From Pseudomonadota bacterium (GTDB lineage Bacteria > Pseudomonadota > Alphaproteobacteria > Rhodobacterales > Rhodobacteraceae), in contig JBCAYL010000001.1 in NCBI GenBank assembly GCA_038533575.1, forward strand, positions 274,226 to 338,225: a DNA stretch of 64,000 bases, given 5' to 3'. The position numbers and the translations under genes were made by a program. This document shows, piece after piece, positions 16,817 to 25,180 of this stretch; the first letter of the stretch is position 1, and each line of letters begins with the position of its first letter. The notes under the pieces are model-generated. The model saw only the letters and a list, made by a program, of their open reading frames with translations. It was not told the DNA's origin and made no database searches.

Positions 16817-18168
16817 ACGTTGGTGAGCAGGTGCTCCCGCTCCCACGGCGAGATGACTTCGAGGAACTCGTCGTACTCGCTGCGCTTCACGATGGAATAG
16901 ACGCGGGCGAATTCGGGGCCGAGGATCTCATGGAGCGCGGTGGCCTCGTCGAAGAGGTCGAGCGCGCGGCCGAGATCGCGGGGGATGTCGCCCTCGCCTT
17001 CGTAGGCATCCCCGCGGAATTGGCGGCTGGGGCGTTCCTCGTTCTTGAGCCCGAGAAGCCCCGCGGCGAGGGAGGCCGCGATGCCGAGGTATGGATTGCA
17101 GTCCATCCCGGCGAGGCGGTTTTCCACGCGCCGGGCCGCGGGCTCGGAGACGGGGATGCGGATGCCGGTGGTGCGGTTGTCACGGCCCCATTCGAGATTG
17201 ATCGGCGCGGCGTGATCTTTGACATAGCGCCGGTAACTGTTCACGTAGGGCGCCTGGAGCGCGATCACGGCGGGCAGGTGGGTCTGGAGCCCCGCGATGA
17301 AGTGATAGAAGGCGTCCGTCTCGCCGCCCTGGGGGCCGGAAAAGATGTTGTTGCGCTCGGCGTCGAGGAACGAGTGGTGGATGTGCATCGCGCTGCCGGG
17401 CTCTCCGGCGATGGGCTTGGCCATGAAGGTGGCGTAGCAATTGTGCTTGAGCGCGGCCTCCCGGATCATGCGCTTGTAGAAGAAGACCTCATCGGCGAGT
17501 TTCACAGGGTTTCCGTGGCGCAGGTTGATCTCCACCTGGCCGGCGCCGCCCTCCTGGGTGATGCCGTCGATCTCGAGCCCCATCAGCTCGGCATAGTCGT
17601 AGATGTCGTCGATGACGGGGCCGTACTCGTCCACCGCCGACATGGAATAGGCCTGCCGCGCGGCCGCCGGGCGGCCCGAGCGGCCCATCATGGGCTCGAT
17701 GGGGCGGGCCGGATCGAGGTTCGGCGCCACGAGGAAGAATTCCATCTCCGGCGCCACCACGGGCGTCAGGCCCATGGCCTCGTATTGCGCGCAGACATGC
17801 TTGAGCACGTTGCGCGGCGAAAACGGAATGGGCGCGCCCTTACGGTCCTCGGCATCATGGATGATCTGCACGGTCCAATCGGCTGTCCAGGGCGCGGCGG
17901 TGGCGGTGGAGTAGTCGGGCTTCAGGATCATGTCGGGCTCGGTGAAGCCCTCTTCGCCCGCCGCCTCGCCCCAGCCGCCCGTGATCGTCTGAAAGTAGAT
18001 CGAGTTGGGCAGGTAAAACGCGCCCTGCTTGTCGAATTTGGAGGCGGGCACCGCCTTGCCGCGGGCGATGCCGGGCAAGTCGGCGATGATGCATTCCACC
18101 TCGTCGAGCCGATGATCCTGCAGGTATTTCTGCGTGACGGCGGGGCAGTCCTTGAGCCAGGGATTCAT
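16813..18168 (-). CDS. glutamine synthetase family protein (gamma-glutamyl-amine ligase, PuuA/PauA-like)
   Basis: 451 aa. GS catalytic-domain blocks (FLVAPNLD, EPGSAMHIHHS, NRTTGIRIP...RVENRLAGMDCNPYL). ATGA overlaps on both sides. Confidence 0.88.
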   Translation of the reverse strand: MNPWLKDCPAVTQKYLQDHRLDEVECIIADLPGIARGKAVPASKFDKQGAFYLPNSIYFQTITGGWGEAAGEEGFTEPDMILKPDYSTATAAPWTADWTVQIIHDAEDRKGAPIPFSPRNVLKHVCAQYEAMGLTPVVAPEMEFFLVAPNLDPARPIEPMMGRSGRPAAARQAYSMSAVDEYGPVIDDIYDYAELMGLEIDGITQEGGAGQVEINLRHGNPVKLADEVFFYKRMIREAALKHNCYATFMAKPIAGEPGSAMHIHHSFLDAERNNIFSGPQGGETDAFYHFIAGLQTHLPAVIALQAPYVNSYRRYVKDHAAPINLEWGRDNRTTGIRIPVSEPAARRVENRLAGMDCNPYLGIAASLAAGLLGLKNEERPSRQFRGDAYEGEGDIPRDLGRALDLFDEATALHEILGPEFARVYSIVKRSEYDEFLEVISPWEREHLLTNV

Positions 18169-18848
18169 GGCCGCGCCTCCTTGAGGAAGCGTGCGAGGCG
18201 CGCGGCGATCCGCGGCTCGTCGCCCATGGAGCGGAGCATCTCCTGCGCCATGGTGATCTTGTCCCGCGGAAAGATCGGATCGGCACCGCGCGTCGCGAGA
18301 TAGGTGGCGAGCACGTCGTTCCCGATCTCGGGATGGGGCTGCACGGTCATGATGTGGTCGCCATAGGTCATCGCGGCGTTGGCGCAGAAGGGGGATTGGC
18401 CCACGACGCGGGCCTCCTTGGGGCGCTCCACGACCTGGTCCTGGTGCCAGGCGTTCAGGTGCACGTCATCGCCGTCGATGACGTAGCCGTGGCGCCCGAT
18501 GGCCCATCCGCCGGAGAATTTCTCCACGCGTCCGCCCAACGCCTGCGCGATGATCTGGTGGCCGAAGCAGATCCCCACCATGGGTTTGAGCGCGGCATGG
18601 GCGTCCCGGATGAAGGCCTCGAGCGGTGGGATGAAGGCGTGATCCTCGTAGGCCCCGTGTTTCGAGCCGGTGATGAGCCAGCCCTCGGCGCTATGGATCG
18701 TCTCGGGAAAGACCATGTCCACGACGTTCCACGTCGTGAAGCTGAGCCCGTGGCCCTCGAAAAGGCGCAGGAAAAGATCGTCGAAATCGCCGTGCTCGGC
18801 CGCGACCTCGGGCGGAGTGTGGCCGCATTGCAGGATGCCGATATGCAT
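18165..18848 (-). CDS. class I glutamine amidotransferase-like hydrolase (PuuD/SpuA-like)
   Basis: 227 aa. Nucleophile elbow GICFGHQ and HQDQV/HPE segments of the GATase1 fold. Confidence 0.85.
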   Translation of the reverse strand: MHIGILQCGHTPPEVAAEHGDFDDLFLRLFEGHGLSFTTWNVVDMVFPETIHSAEGWLITGSKHGAYEDHAFIPPLEAFIRDAHAALKPMVGICFGHQIIAQALGGRVEKFSGGWAIGRHGYVIDGDDVHLNAWHQDQVVERPKEARVVGQSPFCANAAMTYGDHIMTVQPHPEIGNDVLATYLATRGADPIFPRDKITMAQEMLRSMGDEPRIAARLARFLKEARP

Positions 18849-18912
18849 GGATCACCTGTGAGTTTCCGAGCGAAGATAGGCGCGGATCGGGGGGAAGGGA
18901 AGCCGGGCCCTG

Positions 18913-18997
18913 CACGCCCCGGCCCTGCAAGCACCGGCTCTGGCGCCGGGGCCTCTGCCGTCCCTTAAGAGCGAGGCCCTTGGTCAGGCCCGGGGCG
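18913..18997. repeat. REP-like hairpin repeat copy plus possible degenerate inverted copy
   Basis: GAGGCCCTTGGTCAGGCCCGGGGCG (18973-18997) lies 14 nt beyond the stop of the GS-like gene. CACGCCCCGGCCCTG...CGCCGGGGCCTC (18913-18955) resembles the same element inverted, with an insertion. Confidence 0.45.
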
Positions 18998-19010
18998 GGA
19001 ATGCATCACC

Positions 19011-20306
19011 TCAGACCGTTTCGAGAAGCGCCTGGACGAGATCGCTTTCGGAGAGCTGCGCACATCGGGCGAAGTCCTGTCTCTTGGTGCGCGTGAGACC
19101 GTCGAGAAGGGCGGGGTGGAAAATCCGCGCCATGACGGGCTCTGACAGGGCCTCGATGGCGGCGGGCAGGTCCGGCGCGAGGCCGCGGTCGGATTGGGCA
19201 TAGGCATTGCCCTTAGCGGGCGCCGGTGGCTCCGCGGCGTCCTCGATCCCTGTGATCGCGGCGCCGAGGATGGCGGCGAAGAGGAGGTAGGGGTTCACGT
19301 CTCCCCCCGCCACGCGATGCTCCAGCCGCCGCGCGGCGGGCGGGCCCGACGGCACGCGCACGGCCACCGTGCGGTTGTCGTAGCCCCAGCTGGCGGTGGT
19401 GGGCGCATGGGCATTGTCGACGAAGCGCGCGTAGCTCGGCAGGTGCGGCGCGAAAAGGACGGTCGAGGCGCGGAGCGCGGCGAGCGTGCCCGCGATGGCG
19501 TGGCGGAGCGTGGGCATGCCATCTGGGCCGCCATCGTCGAAGACATTCGCGCCGGAGGCATCGAGCACCGAGGCGTGGAGATGGAGCCCGTTCCCGGCAT
19601 CCTCCGAGAAGGGCTTGGCGAGAAACGTGGCCGAGAGCCCGTGATTGCGGGCGGTGCCCTTGATGAGTTCTTTCAGGAGGATCGCGTCCTCGGCGGCCGT
19701 CATGGCGGGCCCATGGTCGAGCGTGACCTCGAACTGGCCCAGTCCCGATTCCGACGTGATCGTGAGCGCTGCGAGGCCCATATCGGCGGCGCCGGCCTCG
19801 ACATCGTTGAAGAAGGCCTCGAACCCGTCGAGCTGGCGCAGCCCGAGGACCTGCGGCGACAAAAGCCTGCGCCCCGAGCGCGGGTTCACCGGGGCCGCGA
19901 GCGCGCCGTCGAGTTCCACGAGGTAGAATTCGAGCTCCACCGCGCAGTGGGCGCCCCAGCCCCGATCGGCGTAGCGCGCGAGGATGCGGTCGAGAGCCCT
20001 CCGCGGATCGCCCTCGAAGGGGCGTCCATCCTCGTGATGCATGGACGAAAGCTGCAGCGGCGGGCGATGGGCCAGCCAGGGCAGCGGCACGGGATCGCGG
20101 GGAGCGGGCAGGAGCGTTCCGTCCGCATCGCCCGAGGCGAAGACGAGGGGACTGTCATCGATATCAAAGCCGAAGATATCCACGTTGAGCGCGGAATAGG
20201 GCATGCGCATGGGCTGCCCGAGCTTGCCGCGCGGCACGCGCTTACCCCGCAAGAGACCGTTGAGATCCACTGCCGCGATCCGCGCGGAGGTGCTTTCCCC
20301 GCTCAC
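19011..20306 (-). CDS. glutamine synthetase family protein (second GS-like ligase)
   Basis: 431 aa, GTG start overlapping the upstream stop (GTGA). GS blocks VELEFYLV, GNGLHLHASV, NRTVAVRVP...RLEHRVAGGDVNPYL. Confidence 0.85.
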   Translation of the reverse strand: MSGESTSARIAAVDLNGLLRGKRVPRGKLGQPMRMPYSALNVDIFGFDIDDSPLVFASGDADGTLLPAPRDPVPLPWLAHRPPLQLSSMHHEDGRPFEGDPRRALDRILARYADRGWGAHCAVELEFYLVELDGALAAPVNPRSGRRLLSPQVLGLRQLDGFEAFFNDVEAGAADMGLAALTITSESGLGQFEVTLDHGPAMTAAEDAILLKELIKGTARNHGLSATFLAKPFSEDAGNGLHLHASVLDASGANVFDDGGPDGMPTLRHAIAGTLAALRASTVLFAPHLPSYARFVDNAHAPTTASWGYDNRTVAVRVPSGPPAARRLEHRVAGGDVNPYLLFAAILGAAITGIEDAAEPPAPAKGNAYAQSDRGLAPDLPAAIEALSEPVMARIFHPALLDGLTRTKRQDFARCAQLSESDLVQALLETV

Positions 20307-21106
20307 CGGATCATCGTGGGGCGGAAGCGCAACCGCCGCCGCGCCGCTTGTGGCAGATGCTGATTGAGGCGCTTGTTGATCAGGCCCATCACGAAGATCA
20401 GGACGAGCGTCACGAGAACAAAGTAGAAGGCGAGGATCGGGTAGGGCATGAAGGGGTTGAAGGTCTTGTCGGCGAAATACTGCGCGTAATAGAGCGCGTC
20501 CCCTTGCTGGCGCTGCGCGGGAAAGCCCGAGAGGAAGACGAGCGTCGTGGCGTGAAAGAGGAAGATCGCCTCGTTCGTGTAGGCAGGCCAGGCCAGGCGC
20601 AGCTGCGTGGGCCAGATGATGCGCCGGAAGCGCGTGACGCCCGACATGCCGTAGGCATCGGCGGCCTCCACTTCGCCGCGGGGCACCGACTTCAGCGCGC
20701 CGTAAAAGATCTCCCCGGAATAGGCGGCGGTGTTGAGGAAGAGCACGATCAGCGCCCCTGCCCAGGCGGAAGTGAGCCAGGGGAGGATCTCGGCATTCTT
20801 CAGTTCAAGGAAGATGAAGTAGGCGAGAAAGAACTGGATGAAGAGCGGGGAGCCCCGGAAAACGAGGATGAACCAGTCGGCAGGCTTGGCGATCCACGGT
20901 TTAGCGGAGGCCTTGCCCACGGCGACGAGGTTGGCCAGCACGAACCCGGCGAGAAGCGCGATGAGGCCGAAGTAGATGTTCCAGATGAGCCCCGAGCCGA
21001 TGAGCGTGAAATGCTGGCACAGCGTGAAATCATCGCGCGGCAGCAGGCGCTCGCCGTAGCCGAGGCTGCGGAAGGCATAGGCCTGAACTGTCTCCCAACA
21101 GGTCAT
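20303..21106 (-). CDS. amino-acid ABC transporter permease (HisM/OccM-like)
   Basis: 267 aa, multiple TM segments. EAA loop VEAADAYGMSGVTRFRRIIWP. Confidence 0.9.
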   Translation of the reverse strand: MTCWETVQAYAFRSLGYGERLLPRDDFTLCQHFTLIGSGLIWNIYFGLIALLAGFVLANLVAVGKASAKPWIAKPADWFILVFRGSPLFIQFFLAYFIFLELKNAEILPWLTSAWAGALIVLFLNTAAYSGEIFYGALKSVPRGEVEAADAYGMSGVTRFRRIIWPTQLRLAWPAYTNEAIFLFHATTLVFLSGFPAQRQQGDALYYAQYFADKTFNPFMPYPILAFYFVLVTLVLIFVMGLINKRLNQHLPQAARRRLRFRPTMIR

Positions 21107-21120
21107 CGAGCCCTCGCGCG

Positions 21121-21184
21121 TCCCGGGCCTGCCCCGGGACCTCCTGCTCGGGCAAAGAGGCCCCGGGGCAGGCCCGGGGCGTGT
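21121..21184. repeat. two inverted REP-like hairpin copies between the permease genes
   Basis: TCCCGGGCCTGCCCCGGGA (21121-21139) and GAGGCCCCGGGGCAGGCCCGGGGCGTG (21158-21184). The cores are reverse complements of each other. They fill most of the 91-bp intercistronic gap. Confidence 0.6.
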
Positions 21185-21197
21185 TTCTCCCCGCCCC

Positions 21198-22061
21198 TCA
21201 CCTCGCGCCCAAGGTCGCCTGGCCCCGGCTGAGGCGGCGGTTGATCCGGCCCAGCACCCGCTCTGAGACCCGCGTGAACGCGAGGTAGAACACCAGCAGG
21301 AAGAGGAAGTACCACAGCCGCCAATCCCCGTGCGGATAATCCGAGAAGCGCGCCAGCTGCGTCCCGCCTAGTTCGCGCGCCCAGTAGACGATGTCCTCGA
21401 CGCCGAGCAGGAAGAGGAGCGGCGTGGCCTTGATCAGGACCATCCAGAGGTTCGACAGGCCCGGCAGCGCGAAAACCCACATCTGCGGCACGGTGATCCT
21501 CCAGAAGGCCTGCCGCGCGTTCATGCCATAGGCCTCGGCCGCCTCGATCTGGCCCCGAGGGACAGCGTTCATCGCGCCGAAAAGGACATTGGCGGCAAAC
21601 GCGCCGAAGACGATCGCGAAGGTCAGGACCGCGAGAAAGAAGCCGTAGACTTCGTGCTGCCATTGCGGGGCCGTCGAGAGCGGTAGCTTCGCCTCGGCGC
21701 AGACGATGAAATCATTTCCCTGGCGGATGGGGTCGGTCCAGTCCGGGCAAAGCGCCTGGTGGCGCAGCCACTCAAAGCCCTGGTCGAGCGCGATCACGAA
21801 AAAGAGGAAGAAGGCGATGTCCGGGACGCCCCGTACCACCGCGATATAGGCCTTCCCGAGCCAGCGCACCGGTGCGATCCGCGAGCGTGCCGCCGTGGCC
21901 CCGCCGAAGCCGAAAGCGAGCGCCGCCGGCGCAGTGATGCCGAGGAGCACGAAGACCGTCAGGAAGGACCAGTAGAAGAGCGCGTGCTTGCCGGTGGTGA
22001 AGTAGCACGCAAACCAGCGCAGCGTCTCCAACTGGGCAGGGTCGGCGCAAAACTCAAACAT
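21198..22061 (-). CDS. amino-acid ABC transporter permease (HisQ/OccQ-like, with extended periplasmic loop)
   Basis: Start MFEFCADPAQ at 22061. EAA loop IEAAEAYGMNARQAFWRITVPQ. The upstream 84 codons of track ORF 21198..22313 look non-coding in this frame and overlap a better ORF. Confidence 0.85.
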   Translation of the reverse strand: MFEFCADPAQLETLRWFACYFTTGKHALFYWSFLTVFVLLGITAPAALAFGFGGATAARSRIAPVRWLGKAYIAVVRGVPDIAFFLFFVIALDQGFEWLRHQALCPDWTDPIRQGNDFIVCAEAKLPLSTAPQWQHEVYGFFLAVLTFAIVFGAFAANVLFGAMNAVPRGQIEAAEAYGMNARQAFWRITVPQMWVFALPGLSNLWMVLIKATPLLFLLGVEDIVYWARELGGTQLARFSDYPHGDWRLWYFLFLLVFYLAFTRVSERVLGRINRRLSRGQATLGAR

Positions 22062-22377
22062 GCTCGCGCTCGCGCTCCGGGCCCGCGATATCCACGGAAA
22101 AGTAGGTGCGCCCGGCGGTCTGCACGATGGTGCAGTCCGGTGGTATACGCGGCCCACCGGCCTTCGCTTCGGCCACCTCCACGAGGTGGGCGCCGGTTTC
22201 CGCGAAGAGCTGCGAGACGGCGTCTTCCAGGGCGGACATATCATCCACGCGCGCCGCGACATGGGTATAGAAATGCCCCGCGTCGTCTCGGCCCTCCACG
22301 AGGGCCGAGACATGGCTCCGCGGCCAACCGCGAAGCCAGGCTTTCAATCGCCCGAGATGTGTATCGGGCAAGATCAT
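22054..22377 (-). CDS. small hypothetical protein (107 aa) embedded in the ABC operon
   Basis: The ATG shares one nucleotide with the SBP stop (TGATG). Its stop overlaps the permease start by 8 nt. G/C-rich third positions. MILPDTHLGRLKAWLRGW...GHFYTHVAARVDDMSALEDAVSQLF; no family recognised. Confidence 0.45.
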   Translation of the reverse strand: MILPDTHLGRLKAWLRGWPRSHVSALVEGRDDAGHFYTHVAARVDDMSALEDAVSQLFAETGAHLVEVAEAKAGGPRIPPDCTIVQTAGRTYFSVDIAGPEREREHV

Positions 22378-23096
22378 CAGAAGGTGGAGGACACTTCCCA
22401 CTTCGTGATCAGCGCGTTGAGCGAGCCGTCGTCCTTCATGGACTGGATCGCCGCGTTGAACGTCTCGCGCAGCTCGCCGTCGCTTTCGCGGATGCCCATG
22501 CCCACGCCGCCGCCGATCATCTCCTGCTGCTCGAGCAGCACGAGGCCTGCATCTTCGGCCGCGATGGGCGCGAGGAAGGAGCTGTCGGCGAGGACGGCAT
22601 CGGCTTCGCCGTTGCGCACGGCCGCGATGGTGTCTTCCGGCGTCGCGAATTCGAGGACGGTCACGCCCTTCTCCGCGAGGAACGCCGCCTGGATCGTATT
22701 GACCTGCGCGGCCACGACGCCGCCGTCGATATCGGCGTCAGCGGAGGCGGCGAGGTAGCCCGACGGGTCCGGCGGGGTGTAGCCCATCGTGAAGTCGATC
22801 ACCTCGTCGCGCTCGTCGGTGATCGACATGCCCGCGATGATGGCGTCGTAGTTGCCCGAGACGAGGTTCGGAATGATCGAGTCCCAGTCGTTCGTCACCC
22901 ACTCGCAGGTCAGCTCGGCCCGTGCGCAGAGCTCGTCGCCCAGCTCGCGCTCGAAGCCCGCGACTTCGCCGTTGTCGTCGAGGAAATTCCACGGCGCATA
23001 GGCGCCCTCGGTGCCGAGGCGGACGACGGAATGCCCGTCGGCCATGGCCATGCCGGCGACGAGGGCCAGCGCGGTGGTTGCAGTCAGAAGCTTCAT
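22377..23096 (-). CDS. amino-acid ABC transporter substrate-binding protein (family 3; Lys/Arg/Orn/His/opine type)
   Basis: 239 aa. Signal peptide MKLLTATTALALVAGMAMA, then LGTEGAYAPWNF and DAIIAGMSITDER blocks typical of polar-amino-acid SBPs. Confidence 0.9.
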   Translation of the reverse strand: MKLLTATTALALVAGMAMADGHSVVRLGTEGAYAPWNFLDDNGEVAGFERELGDELCARAELTCEWVTNDWDSIIPNLVSGNYDAIIAGMSITDERDEVIDFTMGYTPPDPSGYLAASADADIDGGVVAAQVNTIQAAFLAEKGVTVLEFATPEDTIAAVRNGEADAVLADSSFLAPIAAEDAGLVLLEQQEMIGGGVGMGIRESDGELRETFNAAIQSMKDDGSLNALITKWEVSSTF

Positions 23097-23124
23097 CAGT
23101 TTTCTCCCGTTGATGTGCTTTTGG

Positions 23125-23931
23125 TTAGGCGGCGACGGCGGACAGGAATTGCTGCAGTCGCGCGGATTTGGGCGCGCCGAAGAGATCGGCGGGTGCGCCT
23201 TCCTCCTCGATGCGGCCCTCGTGAAGAAAGACGACGTGGTTCGAGACGTCCCGCGCCATGGCCATGTCGTGGGTGACGATGATCATCGTGCGGCCCTCGT
23301 CTGCGAGGCCCCGGATCACCTTGATCACTTCTTGCTCGAGTTCAGGGTCGAGGGCGGAGGTGGGTTCGTCGAAAAGCAGGGCCTTGGGCTCCATGGCAAG
23401 GCCGCGGGCAATGGCGGCGCGCTGCTGCTGACCGCCTGAAAGTTCAGCCGGGTAGCGCTCGCATTTGTCGCCGATACCCACCTTGCCGAGAAGCTGCCTT
23501 GCGGTGGCTTCGGCCTCGCCCTTGTCGCTGCCGAGCACCTGGACCGGGGCCTCCATGACGTTCTCGAGCACGGTGAGATGCGCCCAGAGATTGAATTGCT
23601 GGAAGACCATGGAAAGGTTCGTGCGCATGCGCAGCACCTGTCGCTTGTCCGCCGGTCGCCGCGCTAGGCCTTGCCCCGACCACCGCACCGCGTCGCCCTC
23701 GAAGAGGATCTCCCCCTCCTGGCTGTCTTCGAGCAGATTGCAGCAGCGCAGGAGCGTCGACTTTCCAGAGCCGGAGGAGCCTATGAGGCTGATGACCTCG
23801 CCACGCTCGGCACGCAGGTCAACTCCCTTCAGCACCTCGAGAGCGCCGTAGGATTTGTGCAGGTTCTTGATTTCGATGACCGGAGCAGCGTTGGCCACGT
23901 GGCGTTCCCTTGGTTTGGCAAAATACGCCAT
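23125..23931 (-). CDS. amino-acid ABC transporter ATP-binding protein (HisP-like)
   Basis: Walker A GSSGSGKST, signature LSGGQQQR, Walker B LLFDEPTSALD. Confidence 0.95.
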   Translation of the reverse strand: MAYFAKPRERHVANAAPVIEIKNLHKSYGALEVLKGVDLRAERGEVISLIGSSGSGKSTLLRCCNLLEDSQEGEILFEGDAVRWSGQGLARRPADKRQVLRMRTNLSMVFQQFNLWAHLTVLENVMEAPVQVLGSDKGEAEATARQLLGKVGIGDKCERYPAELSGGQQQRAAIARGLAMEPKALLFDEPTSALDPELEQEVIKVIRGLADEGRTMIIVTHDMAMARDVSNHVVFLHEGRIEEEGAPADLFGAPKSARLQQFLSAVAA

Positions 23932-23964
23932 GAATTGCGGGTCGCCGCAAGGGGATGCGTTGCG

Positions 23965-24663
23965 TCACGCCGCCATGGCGGGGGCCGGAGGCAGGGGAAC
24001 GGCTCGATATTGTGCGATGTCGAGCACGTGGATGCCGCGGAGCCCAAGGACCTCGCGTTCGGAGGCCGGAAGCGCCTCGAAGGCCGCAGCAAGGGCCGCG
24101 CGCAGCGGGGCCACCCATTCAGCGCGCGCTGTGATGAGCGGTGGGGCGGGCGTGGGCGGTGTGGTCTTGGCGACCGTGAGACCTGCGGGCAGGCCGAGGA
24201 TCTTGAGCGTGTGGCGATCGATGAAGGCCACGTCCGCTTTGCCAGCGACCACGGCCTCGATGGAGGCCGCATGGGCGCCGGTTTCAATGACGGGGACGAA
24301 CCCGTGGCCCTGCGCCGCGCCCCAGCCCGACTGGGAGTCGGGCTCGTTGAAGGCGAGCCGCGCGCCCGGGGCCTCGCCTGCGCGGTGAACGAGCGCGGAG
24401 GAATAATGGCCGGGCGGGCAGCCCTCGATCCCGAAATCCGGCGTGGCCACGTAGTGCACGCGTCCTTTCAGCGGGCGCAGCATGATGAGGCCGCAGGTAT
24501 GCGCGAGGAGGAGATCCGGCGCCGTCCAGATCGCCATGAGATCATCCGAGCGGGTGAGCGCGTGAGGCGCGGCAAAGGGCAGGGCATCGCGGATGGCCGC
24601 CCACAGCGCGTCGTTCGCCGCTTGCAGCCGCGGCTGATCGTACATCGGAAGGGATGCGATCAT
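23965..24663 (-). CDS. PhnD/SsuA-like substrate-binding-fold protein without signal peptide
   Basis: 232 aa. MIASLPMYDQPRLQAANDALW... resembles the phosphonate-binding (PhnD-like) fold family that lacks export signals. ATGA overlap with the upstream TerB gene. Confidence 0.65.
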   Translation of the reverse strand: MIASLPMYDQPRLQAANDALWAAIRDALPFAAPHALTRSDDLMAIWTAPDLLLAHTCGLIMLRPLKGRVHYVATPDFGIEGCPPGHYSSALVHRAGEAPGARLAFNEPDSQSGWGAAQGHGFVPVIETGAHAASIEAVVAGKADVAFIDRHTLKILGLPAGLTVAKTTPPTPAPPLITARAEWVAPLRAALAAAFEALPASEREVLGLRGIHVLDIAQYRAVPLPPAPAMAA

Positions 24664-25100
24664 TGCGCGGCTTCTGCGGCCTGTCGCGCGATATTGCTGT
24701 CGCGGTCATTGACGCCGAGCAGGTTCGCCACGAGCCGCAGCAGGGCGTTTTCCTCGGCATCGCGCACGCCGTCGGCGAGCACCACGGACCAGAGCGCCTC
24801 GATGACGCCCATGCGCTCTTCGTAGGGGACCGCATCCTTGATGGCACGGGTGAAGCGGACAGTATCGGGTGCCTCGCCCTCGAGCGCTTCGGCGTCCTTC
24901 ACCAGTGCCTGGGCCTCGAACGGCGACAGGCCGTAGCGCTTGGTGGCGATGGCGAGGATACGCGCGCGCTCGGCCTCGTCATAGGCACCATCGGATTTGG
25001 CAACGCGGACGAGAAGCGCCGTGAGCGCGAGCCGCGCATCGCCGTCGTCCAAGGGATCGGGTTCTGGCTGGGCCAAGCGGTTGAGGAGATTTCCGAACAT
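24660..25100 (-). CDS. TerB family (tellurite-resistance-like) protein
   Basis: 146 aa. LALTALLVRVAKSDGAYDEAERARI and EALWSVVLADGVRDAEENALLRLVANLLGV match the TerB-like helical repeat pattern. Confidence 0.72.
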   Translation of the reverse strand: MFGNLLNRLAQPEPDPLDDGDARLALTALLVRVAKSDGAYDEAERARILAIATKRYGLSPFEAQALVKDAEALEGEAPDTVRFTRAIKDAVPYEERMGVIEALWSVVLADGVRDAEENALLRLVANLLGVNDRDSNIARQAAEAAQ

Positions 25101-25180
25101 GGGCGGTATCTAAGTCGCTTCCCCGGCGAGGGCAATTCCCGGGCCGGAGGCGCGACGCCATGCGGACACATGCGGGGCGC

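Noticed and set aside
21198-22313. Long form (371 aa) of the first permease ORF
   Set aside because: The first 84 codons (MSRPSWRAETTRG...) are not membrane-protein-like and overlap the better-coupled 107-codon ORF in another frame. The ATG at 22061 starts the hydrophobic permease sequence.
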